A stretch of DNA of 64,000 bases, taken from NCBI GenBank assembly GCA_002269645.1, contig NIVC01000180.1, positions 310,001-374,000 on the forward strand, written 5' to 3'. The notes under the pieces were generated by a model. It had not been told where the DNA came from and ran no database searches. It worked only from the letters and a program-made list of their open reading frames with translations. The DNA comes from Macrostomum lignano. Taxonomy: Eukaryota. A program made the translations under genes and the position numbers. Each line of letters begins with the position of its first letter. The first letter of the stretch is position 1. Below are positions 12,550 to 24,528 of this stretch, piece after piece.

Positions 12550-12849
12550 TCTGTCTACGGTATAGCAAATGCGTTAAAACAGCTTCTGAAACAGTATGCG
12601 TTTGCGAAGCACCAATTTCCTGAAATTATTCCCGAATCAGTGAAATTTGAGATTGGCACGACAATTTATATTTTGGTGCATCACTAAAATTAAAAAAGTT
12701 TAAATGAAATTCCCGTAGCAATTCAATCACAAAAATAGTTACTTGACTATTATTTTTGCGTTCGATCAAATTCATTCGACGTTAATCAAGGCATCAAGGC
12801 GCGAAATCTCTTTGTTTGTTGCTCCGTCGAGTCCCTGATGACGGCCTTG
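12550..12849 (+). repeat. 300-bp direct repeat, copy A (flanks the retrotransposon 3' end)
   Basis: Identical by eye to 15649-15948. Confidence 0.95.
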
Positions 12850-15648
12850 ACTTACTTGACTTAGCTGCAGGGGGCGTCCGGCGGATGCAGCGAGGAGGCG
12901 GAGGAGACCGCCCATTCCGCTAGCCCCTGGCGACCAACGACTTCCGTTGAAGTGGTGTCGCTCAGGGGGACCCGTCGGTCTCGCCTGCAGCGCGGTCCTC
13001 CTCACCGACGGTGGGGAAGAAATCAGCTCGTCCGGTGTCCCTGAGGTACCGGGCGAGCAGCGGGATGCTCTCGGGCCTGCAAACGTCGGAGAGAACCGGG
13101 TTTGGCCCGAGGTGAGTAAGCCTGGCCCTGGTGAAAACCGGGCAGTGGCAGATAAAATGCTCGGCGTTTTCACTGCCTGAGCGGCAGAAGGGGCACCGCT
13201 CCTCGGGTACTTGGCCCTGAAGGAAACGGTGGCGAGAGAAGCAGCCATGCCCGGAGAGGGCCATGCTAACTGCTCTGAGGTCTCTGCGGTTGAGCCTGAG
13301 GAGGGCTCTACGCAGGAGAGGAGAGGGGCAGGGGACGGCAGCACGGGATTGCCTACAATTCCGGGTGTCGTGCCACCTGCGGAGATGCTCGGAGTCAGCC
13401 CAGCGCTTAACGCGGGAATTGATCACCGAGGCGGGGATGGGGGCTCCCGGGCCCGGCCCCAGCAGCGCGCCGGCGGAGCCAGCCTTGGCCAGCAGGTCAG
13501 CGCGCTCGTTGCCGAGGAAGCCGGCGTGGCCCGGGATCCATCTGAGCTCCACTTGGTTGCCTAGCGCAAGCCCGTTGAGCTGGGTGTTGCAGTCCAGGAC
13601 GGACCTGGAGCTGGCGGTGCTGCGGCAGAGGGCCCGAAGGGCTGCTTGGCTGTCAGAGTGAAAAATAAATTTCCGGCCGCCAAGCTGCCTTTGGCGCAGC
13701 TCTGCCGCGCAGGAGCTGATGGCAAGCACCTCGCTCTGAAAAACACTGGAGTTGAGCCCAGTGTGTTGGGAGTAGCTCCACACCACTTCTCCCTTAAAGA
13801 AGACGCAAGCTCCGAAGCCTGAATGACCATGCCTCATAGAGCCGTCAGTGTAACAGTGGACTTCAGAATCGCTCCAGCTGTCACTCGCCTCGTGTCGAGG
13901 CTGAATGGTGACCTTATACCTTTGGCTCAGGAGAAGGGTGGCTGGGATCGAGTCCGTGAGGATGTTGAGCCCGCCACACTCCTCGAGAGCCTTAAGGCAG
14001 AGGTCAGAGTGCGGGATAAGCGACCGCTTCTTAAAGGCCCGCACTTTCTTGAAGGCCACCCCAGCATCCAGAAGACGCCGGGTGCTCTTCGCCGCCTCTC
14101 CTTTGATATATATATCCAAAGGAGGGGCACAGAGGAAGGCATTCATGCCTTCAAAAGGAGTAGAGGGTGGAGCGCCCATAGTCATGCGGCAGGCTCTGCC
14201 CTGGATTTTGTAGAGAGCGTCGAGGTTGCTCTTGACGCTCAGGCCGCTAGCCCACACGAGGCTGGCGTAACTGATCGAGGGGCGGATGATGGCAGTGTAA
14301 ATCCACCACAGCTTCCTGGGGGTGAGCCCCCAGGTGGTGCCCACGGCGCGCCTGATCTGAGCCAGTACAGCCAGGGCTTTTTTGGCTTTAGTTTGAATGT
14401 GCGGAGTCCAGTTAAGCCTGTGGTCCAGAGTGAGGCCCAGGCAGCGGACCTGCTTCTCCATGGAAATATTCTTTCCATAGAGGGTGAGGGGCTTAATGGT
14501 CCAGAGCAGTTTGTTGGTAAACATGACCGCTGTGGTTTTCGACTCTGAGAGTCTAAGGCCACATTGGTTTGCCCAACGCTCCGCTCGTCCCAGAAAGCCC
14601 TGCAGAAGGTCTCTGATGGTATCAACCGAGGGGCCCGCGCATATCGCGGTCACATCATCGGCATAGCCCACCTTGAGAATGGGGTCGTGGAGATCACTGC
14701 AAAGCAACTCATCCATGACCATGTTCCAGAGAACGGGGGTGAGAACGCCGCCCTGGGGGCCCCCTTTCAGGACAGGCACCGAAAGAGAGCTGCCGTTCAG
14801 GTGGGCCACAACAGTGCGGTTCCGGATCATGAACATGATCCACCGGACAAGGTGAGGGTGCGTGGCCCTGGATTCCAGGGCTCTGCAAAAGGCCTCGAAG
14901 ATGACGTTGTCGAAGGCCCCCTCAATGTCCAGGAAGAGCGAGAGGGCAAAGCCGCTGCCAAGAACGGCCCTCTCCAGGAAGTCAACAATGACATGGAGAG
15001 CACTCTCGGTAGACCTGCCCGCGCGGAAGGCGTGCTGGTTCTGCGAGAGTGGGAAGCGCTTCAGCTCGACCGAAAGTAGGCGCCAAAGCACCAACCTCTC
15101 GAGGAGCTTGAGGCAGAAAGAGGTGAGGCTGATAGGCCTGAAGGCCTTCACCGATTGGTAGTCGCTCTTTCCAGGCTTGGGGATAAAGACCACCCGGGCC
15201 TCTCTCCACGCAACTGGTACATAGCCCAGCTCCACACAAGCTCGAAGGAGACGACAGAGCAGGTCCAGGAAGCGGTGGTTTTTTACCGCCTCGTGCAAGA
15301 ACGCTGGGTAGATGCCGTCGGGCCCAGGCGCCTTGAACGGGTTAAAGGACCTTGCCGCTCTAATAATGCGGTCTTTGGTGATCATAGACTTTGCTAGGCC
15401 TTGCCCTCCCACTGTGTGGTCGGGCGGGCCCTGCTGAGTCGGAGATTTAGGGAAAAAACTGTTGAGCATGAGCTCTAGAGTCTCTTCCGAACTCTCTGTG
15501 ACCGAGCCATCAGGTCTCTTCACAACAGAGAGTTTAGAAAAACGGTCATTAGTGAGTGCCTTAACCACGCGGGCTACGGGGCGAGAGCCCTCAAGCCCTT
15601 CGCAATATTGGCGCCACTTGGCCGTCTTGGCCCTTCTGACTACGCTAG
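12850..15648 (-). mobile_element. 5'-truncated non-LTR retrotransposon with RT, RNase H and C-terminal zinc-finger-like motif (Loa/I-group-like)
   Basis: Uninterrupted ORF: FNPFKAPGPDGIYP, RPISLTSF, LDIEGAFDN, PQGGVLTP, YADD; RNase H YTDGS/QSEVLA/HSDSQ/WIPGH..GNERAD; CPFC..E..EHFICHC. No endonuclease or ORF1. About 110-bp 3' UTR ending in an aagtc/aagt tandem tail. Confidence 0.9.
12962..15648 (-). CDS. Retrotransposon ORF2 remnant (RT-RNase H), intact frame but N-terminally truncated
   Basis: Track ORF 12962-15667; its first codons (15649-15667) come from the flanking duplicated host sequence. Confidence 0.85.
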
Positions 15649-15948
15649 TCTGTCTACGGTATAGCAAATGCGTTAAAACAGCTTCTGAAACAGTATGCGT
15701 TTGCGAAGCACCAATTTCCTGAAATTATTCCCGAATCAGTGAAATTTGAGATTGGCACGACAATTTATATTTTGGTGCATCACTAAAATTAAAAAAGTTT
15801 AAATGAAATTCCCGTAGCAATTCAATCACAAAAATAGTTACTTGACTATTATTTTTGCGTTCGATCAAATTCATTCGACGTTAATCAAGGCATCAAGGCG
15901 CGAAATCTCTTTGTTTGTTGCTCCGTCGAGTCCCTGATGACGGCCTTG
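15649..15948 (+). repeat. 300-bp direct repeat, copy B (native NAAA last codons plus 3' UTR)
   Basis: Identical by eye to 12550-12849; includes the NAAA stop codon at 15885-15887. Confidence 0.95.
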
Positions 15949-18900
15949 GATGTCGCAGGTCTGGTTGCGGAGAACACCGCTGTGTACACGGTGTGGCTGG
16001 AGGAAAGAGGACGGGCGGCAGTGTGACTTGCATGGGTTTACACTAGTTAACGGAGAATGGGCACTGGCGCACTTGTTCATAATACTTATTACCCACGTGC
16101 CCACTCAGCTGAATCCAAATCACATACATGAGGTGTATCTGTGCGCTCGCTCCGGGCCTTGACACACCCCACGTGTAACATTTTCAGTCTCCATAGAATC
16201 AAACACAGCAAATATTTTTTCACGGCAACTGTGGTACTCTCTACACTGGTTGAGTCGCAAATAAAAATTAAGCTTAATGAAATTCTCACTTGTTGTTTAC
16301 CGGTGGCACGGACAGCACATTGAAGAGGCCCTCAAGGCTCAACCTGGCCTGACCCAGGCTATTCATGGCCTTGATTGCCGGGTCGCTGCAATGACAAAGA
16401 AGTTCAACGCTGACGCACATCGTTGTGTCGGAAGCATCAGTACACTTACAGAAAGCCATCTTACCGTCTGTCATCACCTGGCGGTGGCGGCATCCATGGG
16501 TCATAGTTGGTTTCGACAATGAACCACCTGTGCAATCAGGAGGGATTTTTACTTCATTAGCCTTTTCATTAGCTTGTGTGCTGCGTGCGAACTACTCACT
16601 TGCCAGACTTCTGATCCAGCTGGTTTGTGCCAAGCGTTTTGTACTGCGTGCGCACCAGCACAATGCCCTGGTCGGTCTGGTTGCCAGAGATGATGTAATA
16701 CACCGGAGCGATCAGCTGAGCGGATGACAGACGGCTCACCACACTGGCAAAGTCCGTGTCCTGCTCGAAGGCCTGGGAAAAATAAAGTGAAAAGTAAATG
16801 CATGTTAAAGTACACGGCATTCGAGACCGTCCTTCTCTACATCGCTGAGGCGTGGACTCCGACGAGGCACCTTCAAACTTGGCGAACTCCATCCACATGG
16901 AGTTTTACTGCCCACAACCAGATGCTGATGATGATGACGTGCGCAGTTTGCACTGCCAGCAAGGAGAAGCGTAGTCAAACTGCTTCAAGCAATAAATTTA
17001 TGCAGTGCCATCTGCTGCATCAGGCCTGTTTACCTGCAGCAGGAAATTGCTCCCGTGAAAACCCTGTCTCAAAAGCTGCGAGAAAACGAGGGTAGAAAGA
17101 CAGTTATTTTGGATGGATGGAAGCACAATGTCCCGCCATCTGCTTCAGGCAGACGATGCATCTGCAATCTGCATAAACAAAAGCGGAGACCTGCACTGCC
17201 GCATCAGATGGCTGAGAGACAATAAGCCAGCATCGGGCTGCCGAGCAGGGCTCGAGTTACGGCCTGGTGAATTCCATTACTAACCGGCGCATCCAGCTCT
17301 CGACAGAAACGATTAAGCATTTAGACTTTCAATAAGCTATCCATCGTCACAATCAGTAGAACTGCGAACGTGGCTTGCAATTGCTTTACGAAGAGCATTG
17401 TGTGACTATCCTTCCGCAACGGCTTGGGCAACCTCCCAAAGTCAGTGACTGCATGCGCAAAAAACCTTTTCCTGTTCAATTTCAACAAATCTGCAATACA
17501 ATTTTGACAACTCGAAATTCATTTTCGACAATCTATTTTTATACTTTCAGTTGGACCTTCAAATTAGACAGGGCAAACTTCGATTTAGACATCAGATATT
17601 CGTTTTAGACATCAGATATTCAATTTAAACAGTTCCTCATTCAGAGCAATTTGTCTATGGTCAAAATTTAAGTTCTAGGGCAAAGCTCACATTCAATTTC
17701 GACAACTGTAATTCAATTTAGACACACTCATCTTAAGTACAGGGATGCCCTTGTACTGGCGGCGAACTTTGCGTCCAAAGTGAAAGCTTAAGTGAAGTGA
17801 AAGTGAAGCTTTGCGTCCAAAGTGAAAGCTTAAGTGAAGTGAAAGTGAAGCTTTGCGTCCAAAGTGAAAGCTTAAGTGAAGTGAAAGTGAAGCTTTGAGT
17901 CCATACCAAGCTGACCGCAATCGACCACTTGTGGGACCAGGCGATTAGAAACACTTAATACGTCACATCTGGGTCCCTCCAGGATCAAATTAACTTTAGG
18001 CTCAATTCTCTAGAATTCCTTTATCCCGTGGAGCTAGGAAGGCACCTGGTTTGGAATGTCTCCATGTCTCTAGTCAAATGGGTTCGCCAAGTTTGCACTC
18101 TGCATCTGCAAAGGCAATAATCGCAAAAACAGGTCGCCTCCAGGTGTAGGATTTGTGAAGAACCCTGTGAAGAACTTCCTGAAGGAAGCGTTGATCTAGG
18201 ACCTGCTTTGGTGGCCTCCGTCAGGAACGATTTCGACGTCTTCCTTGACCGTTCATTTGCTGTTTTATATACTGGTCTGCGCAAAGAGTTGCTTTGGAAT
18301 GACGACCTGCATCAAGCCAATGCGACATACGAAAATCAGCGGGGCTTACCAAGCGGGTCATCATTGTCACAGGGTAGAGCTTGCCTCCGTTCAGCAGTTC
18401 CTGCAGAGCCGACACGATGTTGTTGATGAAGTTTCCTTTGTCTGCAAAGACGCAGTGAGTGTGTTGAGACTACCCGAAAAAGCTTAGAACTACATGCCTG
18501 AGAATGTTTGAGTGGCGGCCTTAGAACACTGGGGAGTGCATGGCAGCTTGGAACACAGTCACGGTTTAGAACCAAGTCACTAAGATTGAAGATTTACAGT
18601 CGAACGCAAAAGAGAAAACTTAGAATACAAATATATTTTTAGAACTTGGCGAGTGAAATTATAGCGCTTTTTTTCATGTGGATGAACTACTGCGAGTAGT
18701 GCTGTGAAAATGTGGAAAACAATTTAAAAAGTCATTACTACGCGCCTCTCTCGTTGACGGTAATGGCGAACTGGTGCGGCTTCCAGCCGGTGAGGATGCC
18801 CGCATAGCCCGCAAAGGAGACGGCGGAATAAAGCAGCTGAAATGGTGGGTATTTTCTACTGTCGCTCTGTACGTGATATGTGGTGTACATTTATGATCTC

Positions 18901-20843
18901 GTGGTTCTTGCTTGAGGAACACCAGTGGTTACCTGGCGTTGTCTATAAAAGTCGACCCTGATGGTGACCTTCTCCAGCATGTCAGTCTGGGGCATCGTGT
19001 TGCCGTAGTCCAAATTTCTTCCGTGCCAGAGGCCGCCGTTCCGGTCGTTGGCGATGATGCCGGTGCAGAAGCTGCAGCAAAAAGGGCAGATTTGATTGCT
19101 GGAAGAACTTTCTGGCTGCGGTTGCCTGACGAGTTTGCTAGCTGGTTTCTAGGAAACTAAGACTGGGTTCAAGCAATGCGTGTACAGTTGGTTTTATACT
19201 GGTATTTAATGCTTATTTCGGGTTTGCGTGTCTCCAGGAGTGACAAACTGATCCAGCATCCATTTAGAAGAGGCAAACGCCTACGCGGTGACATCGTAGA
19301 TCAGATTGAGCAGCACGATGTCTCCGAGTGACGCATTCACCGTCTTCGAAATGCCTAAAAAGTGCATTAGTTATTGGGATTAGCTTATTTGGTTGAGGCA
19401 GGGTTGAACTGCTAAACAGGGTATTTTACATTGGTGCATTCGAAGGTTCCTCTCACCTAGCAACTCCGCTCCATAGTCGGCCGGCAGGTGGGTGTCCAAA
19501 TCTGCAGCAACTACGTCTGCCAGGTACTTCAACTCCAGAGGTACTGATCTGAAAATTTTCTGTGTTATCTTCGTAGGCGAATACACATTATAATCCTATA
19601 AATGGGCGAATTTAGTTTAAAATGCGTTTCTATAGCACCCAACACGATCATTCCTTTGCCCCAACCCCTAATGATCTGAAAACTGAGCCTCCAATGTACA
19701 CTCACTATTCACTGAAACCTCTGCCCCGAATGTACACTCACTATTCACTGAAACCTCTGCCCCGAAACTCACTATTCACTGAAACCTCTGCCCCGAAACT
19801 CACTATTCACTGAAACCTCTGCCCCGAATGTACGAGCTCACTATTCACTGAAACCTCTGCCCCGAATGTACACTCACTATTCACTGAAACCTCTGCCTTG
19901 AATGTACACTCACTATTTACTGAAACCTCTGCCCCGAATGTACACTCACTATTTACTGAAACCTCTGCCTTGAATGTACACTCACTATTTACTGAAACCT
20001 CTGCCTTGAATGTACACTCACTATTTACTGAAACCTCTGCCCCGAATGTACACTCACTATTTACTGAAACCTCTGCCCCGAATGTACACTCACTATTTAC
20101 TGAAACCTCTGCCTTGAATGTACACTCACTATTTACTGAAACAAACCTCTGCCCCGAATGTACACTCACTATTCACTGACTCTGCCCCGAATGTACACTC
20201 ACTATTCACTGAAACCTCTGCCCCGAATGTACACTCACTATTCACTGAAACCTCTGCCCCGAATGTACACTCACTATTTACTGAAACATCTGGGCCTCGA
20301 ATGTACACTCACTATTTACTGAAACATCTGGGCCTCGAATGTACACTCACTGCTTACTGAAGCTTCTGCCCCAATGTACACTCCCAATTTACGGAAACCC
20401 TTGCCCCCAATGCAGTCTCACTATTTACTGAAACCCTTGCCCCCGATGTATAGTGAGGCCAACCCTATCCTCCGGCCGTCCCGTACATTGAGGACAGAAC
20501 TCTATCTCACTTCACTGACGGTATTAAGAAACCGTTTCATCCCTCTCTACTAGAGTTTTTGTATTGCAGAACTCCACAACGGCAATGATGTAGTAACTCA
20601 CCCCAGAAACGCTTTGATCAACTGCTGCGTGTCGGCTTTGAAGTCGGCCACCACCGCGGCCCACCTGGCGGCTGGGTCCTGGTCCAGGTCGACCCGGTAG
20701 AGCGGAGGGGCCCGGCCAGCGCCGCGGGGGACCGGCTGAGCCTGGCCAATGAGGACCAGCGGGACAGCGAGCCCGGAGGTCCCAGCAGCCACCAGCGCCA
20801 GCAGAACCCCCGCCCCAGTTACGGCGCGCCAGTTTGTCCACAT
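15885..20843 (-). CDS. NAAA: N-acylethanolamine acid amidase / acid ceramidase-like Ntn hydrolase, about 389 aa
   Basis: Ten exons: 20602-20843, 19457-19548, 19285-19354, 18933-19071, 18746-18836, 18350-18441, 16600-16772, 16465-16527, 16290-16385, 15885-15996; phases are consistent. Signal peptide, PPLYRVDLD..P..RW, catalytic FCTGIIA, HGRNLDY, GYAGILTG, NERDKG, LIAPVYYI, ETNYD...DDRR. HGRNLDY favours NAAA over ASAH1. Confidence 0.88.
17768..17900. repeat. 42-bp unit x3 in NAAA intron
   Basis: ctttgcgtccaaagtgaaagcttaagtgaagtgaaagtgaag repeated. Confidence 0.9.
19680..20450. repeat. 36-bp minisatellite (tgtacactcactatttactgaaacctctgccccgaa) in NAAA intron 1
   Basis: Tandem copies with degenerate edges. 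Confidence 0.95.
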
Positions 20844-21387
20844 TTTTAGCTTCAAGCAACTCTGGAAATTCTGCTAAAGCAAAAGCAACTCAGCAAACTT
20901 GATCGCATAAGGTTACTTTAAGAGCTTTAGCTAATTAAATAAGGCAGATAAGCCGGGCCCCAGTTCAGTATCAAACAGAAGGACTTGCATTGCAGCGCTC
21001 AAAGCAGATCTATTTTTAGATGTTTCGCAAGCCTGCAAAAGTGCGGCTCAGTTATAACAAACTGCTAATGTCGTTTTTTCTGTATCTGCGGGCGAGAGTT
21101 GAAGGCGAGATACAAGAGCTGGCTAGGCTTAGAAACACAAGCCCGAGCCGCCGGTCTCCATGGTCGCGGAGCAGCTGCCCCCTAGCCGCAGTGTGTGCAA
21201 CGCAGGCTCGTACATTGGATAATGGCTACACAAGACTCGAATAATAGGAGGCGCAGGGGTGAGAGACGGGCACAGCGAAGTGTGGAGGGCAGGTGAGCGT
21301 ATAAAGCTTAAGCTGCCACCTCAGACAGCCCTGTCTGTTGCTGCTTTGTGTCTTCCTACTGAAATTGTTTCGAGTTATCAACCAGAG

Positions 21388-23406
21388 ATGGCAGCGGTGT
21401 CCGCGGTTCCTGAGCAGTACTACGCTGCTCTGCAAGAGGCCGGCGTGTCAGTTGAGGAGGCCAGCAAGCACTACTTGGTGTTCAAGATGTTCGACAAGGA
21501 CAACTCAGACACCATGGACGCTGGAGAGTTATTTGCCTGCCTACAGGTATGTTCAATTAATCTGCTCTTCTCGCCGTAATGCTCGTAAAATCCGTTCCTG
21601 CCGGCGGGTTTGGCAGGGCTGGCCATAGACTATCGCTGCCCAAGTTCAACACTCCGCTGTGCAGAACCTGATCAGGAATCTGATGGCTCCTCATATTGTC
21701 AAGCGTTGCTGACCAATACTCGGCGGGAACTCTCTGAGAACTTGTCTCACCCATAGACTAAAACTTGATCTCTTCAGGGACGCCCTGCCCCAACGCCTCT
21801 CTCAGCAGACTTCCACCTCACCCCTGCCCCAACGCCTCCCTCAGCAGACTTCCACCTCACCCCCTGCCCCAACGCCTCTCTCAGCAGACTTCCACCTCAC
21901 CCCTGCCCCAACGCCTCCCTCAGCAGACTTCCACCTCACCCCCTGCCCCAACGCCTCTCTCAGCAAACTTCCACCTCACCCCTCCCCCAACGCCTCCTTC
22001 AGCAGACTTCCCCTCACCCCCTGCCCCAACGCCTCTCTCAGCAAACTTCCACCTCACGCCCTCCCCCAACGCCTCCCTCAGCAGACTTCCCCTCACCCCG
22101 TGCCCCAACGCCTCCCTCAGCAAACTTTCACCTCACCCCGTGCCCCAACGCCTCCCTCAGCAAACTTCCACCTCACGCCCTCCCCCAACGCCTCTCTCAG
22201 CAAACTTCCGCCTCACGCCCTCCCCCAACGCCTCCCTCAGCAGACTTCCCCTCACCCCGTGCCCCAACGCCTCCCTCAGCAAACTTTCACCTCACCCCCT
22301 GCCTCAACGCCTCCCTCAGCAGACTTCCACCTCACCCCCTGCCCCAACCCCCTCAGTAGACACCCACCTCACGCCCTTCCCTAACCCCTCGCTCAGCAGA
22401 CACCCACCTCACGCCCTGCCCCAAACAGAGTTGCCAGCTCTAATGACCAGCTAATGAGTTAAGAATCGTTGAAAATCACAACTTAGTCTCGCTCAACCCC
22501 TAGTGGGATAAAAGGGAAAATTATGAATCTTCACAGACATCGGATTGCATTGACTAGGTCGGTATCCCCAATCACAGGTGATGGGCCAGGCTCCAAAGTC
22601 GAAAGAGGAGGTCGAAGAACTGCTTAAATTGTACGACAAGGACGCCAGCGGTTCCATGAACTTTGTGGAATTTTCCCAGTTGATGGGTCAGGTGTGCAAG
22701 CCGCCTCAGGCTGTCCGCGACGATTTGATGGCGAGCTTCCAGAAGCTGGATAAAGACAACAGCGGCTACATCGAGCGAGACGAACTGCACGATGCGATCT
22801 TCGGCTCGGGGAATTCCGCCCTCACCGAGAAGGAGTTCGACAAGCTCATGCGAGAGGCGGATGCCAACGGGGATGGCAAGATCGACTACTCCGGTGAGGG
22901 CTGGGTGCAGGTTTGGGTGCAGGGTTGGGTGCAGGGTTGGATGTAGGGTTGGGTGCAGGGTTGGGTGTAGTTTTTGGTGCAGGTTTGGGTGCAGGGTTGG
23001 GTGCAGGATCAGGGTTACCCCTTTACCCATCCAAACCTGCACTAAGTTGCCATGAGCAGACAACAGCTGTCAGTTACATGTACTTCGCACCAGTTATCAA
23101 TCTTACATCTGAAAGATTTAACAGCCAACCAAACAAGCTGAGCTCCGAATTTCCTTCCCGGCCGCAACTCAAACCAAACTTCTCCGATCCGCAGAGTTTC
23201 TGAGCACTCTGATGACGGACATCACGAAGATGATTGAGACTAAAAAGCAGAAAGTCCACGACAAAGGCTCCGGTGGCGGCGATGGGGACAAGAAGAAGGG
23301 GGGCCACGGCCACAAGCAGCGAAGCCACAGCCGTGGCAGCCGCGGCAGCAGATCGCGGAGCAGCAGCCGAGGCAGTCACAGATCCCGGCACTCGAAGTCG
23401 TCTTAA
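21388..23406 (+). CDS. Calmodulin-like four-EF-hand protein with basic Arg/Ser/His-rich C-tail, about 228 aa
   Basis: Exons 21388-21546, 22578-22893 and 23195-23406 are in frame. EF loops: DKDNSDTMDAGE, DKDASGSMNFVE, DKDNSGYIERDE, DANGDGKIDYSE. Confidence 0.85.
21780..22430. repeat. ~39-bp C-rich minisatellite in calmodulin-like intron 1
   Basis: ccctgccccaacgcctctctcagcagacttccacctcac variants. Confidence 0.9.
22900..23010. repeat. 12-bp repeat (gggttgggtgca) right after a splice donor
   Basis: Short tandem array in calmodulin-like intron 2. Confidence 0.85.
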
Positions 23407-23547
23407 CTGCTTTGATAATTAAAGACTGGTTTTCAGCCACCGCCCCTCACTTCTCAGTAAATATATATTGGGGGATTAATTATATACTTTTGGTAAACTT
23501 CTGCTGATCGTTTTAATTGTTTTCACAAACGATGTCTCTCACTGTCC

Positions 23548-24005
23548 TCACCTCACCTCACCGATATAGACTATAGACTGTACACAGGGAATGTACATTG
23601 GCATATTAGCTCTGACCTCACCGATATAGACTATAGACTGTACACAGGGAATGTACATTGGCATATGAGCTCTGACCTCACCGATATAGACTATAGACTG
23701 TACACATGGAATGTACATTGGCATAGCAGCTCTGACCTCACCGATATAGACTATAGACTGTACACATGGAATGTACATTGGCATATGAGCTCTGACCTCA
23801 CCGATATAGACTATAGACTGTACACATGGAATGTACATTGGCATAGCAGCTCTGACCTCACCGATATAGACTATAGACTGTACACAGGGAATGTACATTG
23901 GCATAGCAGCTCTGACCTCACCGATATAGACTATAGAGTATAGACTGTACACAGGGAATGTACATTGGCATAGCAGCTCTGACCTCACCGATATAGACTA
24001 TAGAC
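23548..24005. repeat. 60-bp minisatellite between convergent genes
   Basis: ctctgacctcaccgatatagactatagactgtacacagggaatgtacattggcatatgag, about 7 copies. Confidence 0.95.
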
Positions 24006-24528
24006 TGAATCTACAGTGTACACAGGAAGTTTCCACGGAGATTTACCTGTTTCATATTTGAAGTTCTGAGGTATACGTCACCTTTAATGTACACGTCAGA
24101 TGTTAATAGTATAAAATCTTTGCAGCACAAATTTGTATTTGAATCAATAAACCAGCGAAAGCAGACGCTGATTTCACACGGGATGTGTCAAGAGTTGATA
24201 CTCAATTATCAACTTCTGAATATATAAATCAGGTGGTTTGAAAACAGAAAAAATTGAAATTGGAAAGAAGAGAATACAGAAAAACTAATTTCATAATTAT
24301 CCGGTGAACATTTTTTTGCTATTAGTAAAGCTAGCAAAGCAACTGGAGAAAACAGGGTGACGACGGCAGCTAAATACGAGTAAATACCGACAAGCAGCCC
24401 TGCTTCTAAGAGAAAACAGAGATGTAATAACCAAATAGAAATCTGAATAAGTGATGAAATTTATGGCACTTTTTAATTTATAGCACTGAATCCAGGCAAC
24501 CGAGCCAATCAGATATTATTTTGCACCT

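Noticed and set aside
12550-15948. LTR retrotransposon interpretation of the 300-bp direct repeats
   Set aside because: The repeats contain host NAAA codons and lack TG..CA ends, PBS and PPT; the RT and RNase H are non-LTR type.
16815-17300. Possible RTE-type LINE remnant (FETVLLYIAEAWT); a second weak piece at 18020-18340 on the minus strand
   Set aside because: The similarity is limited to a few residues and cannot be supported without a search.
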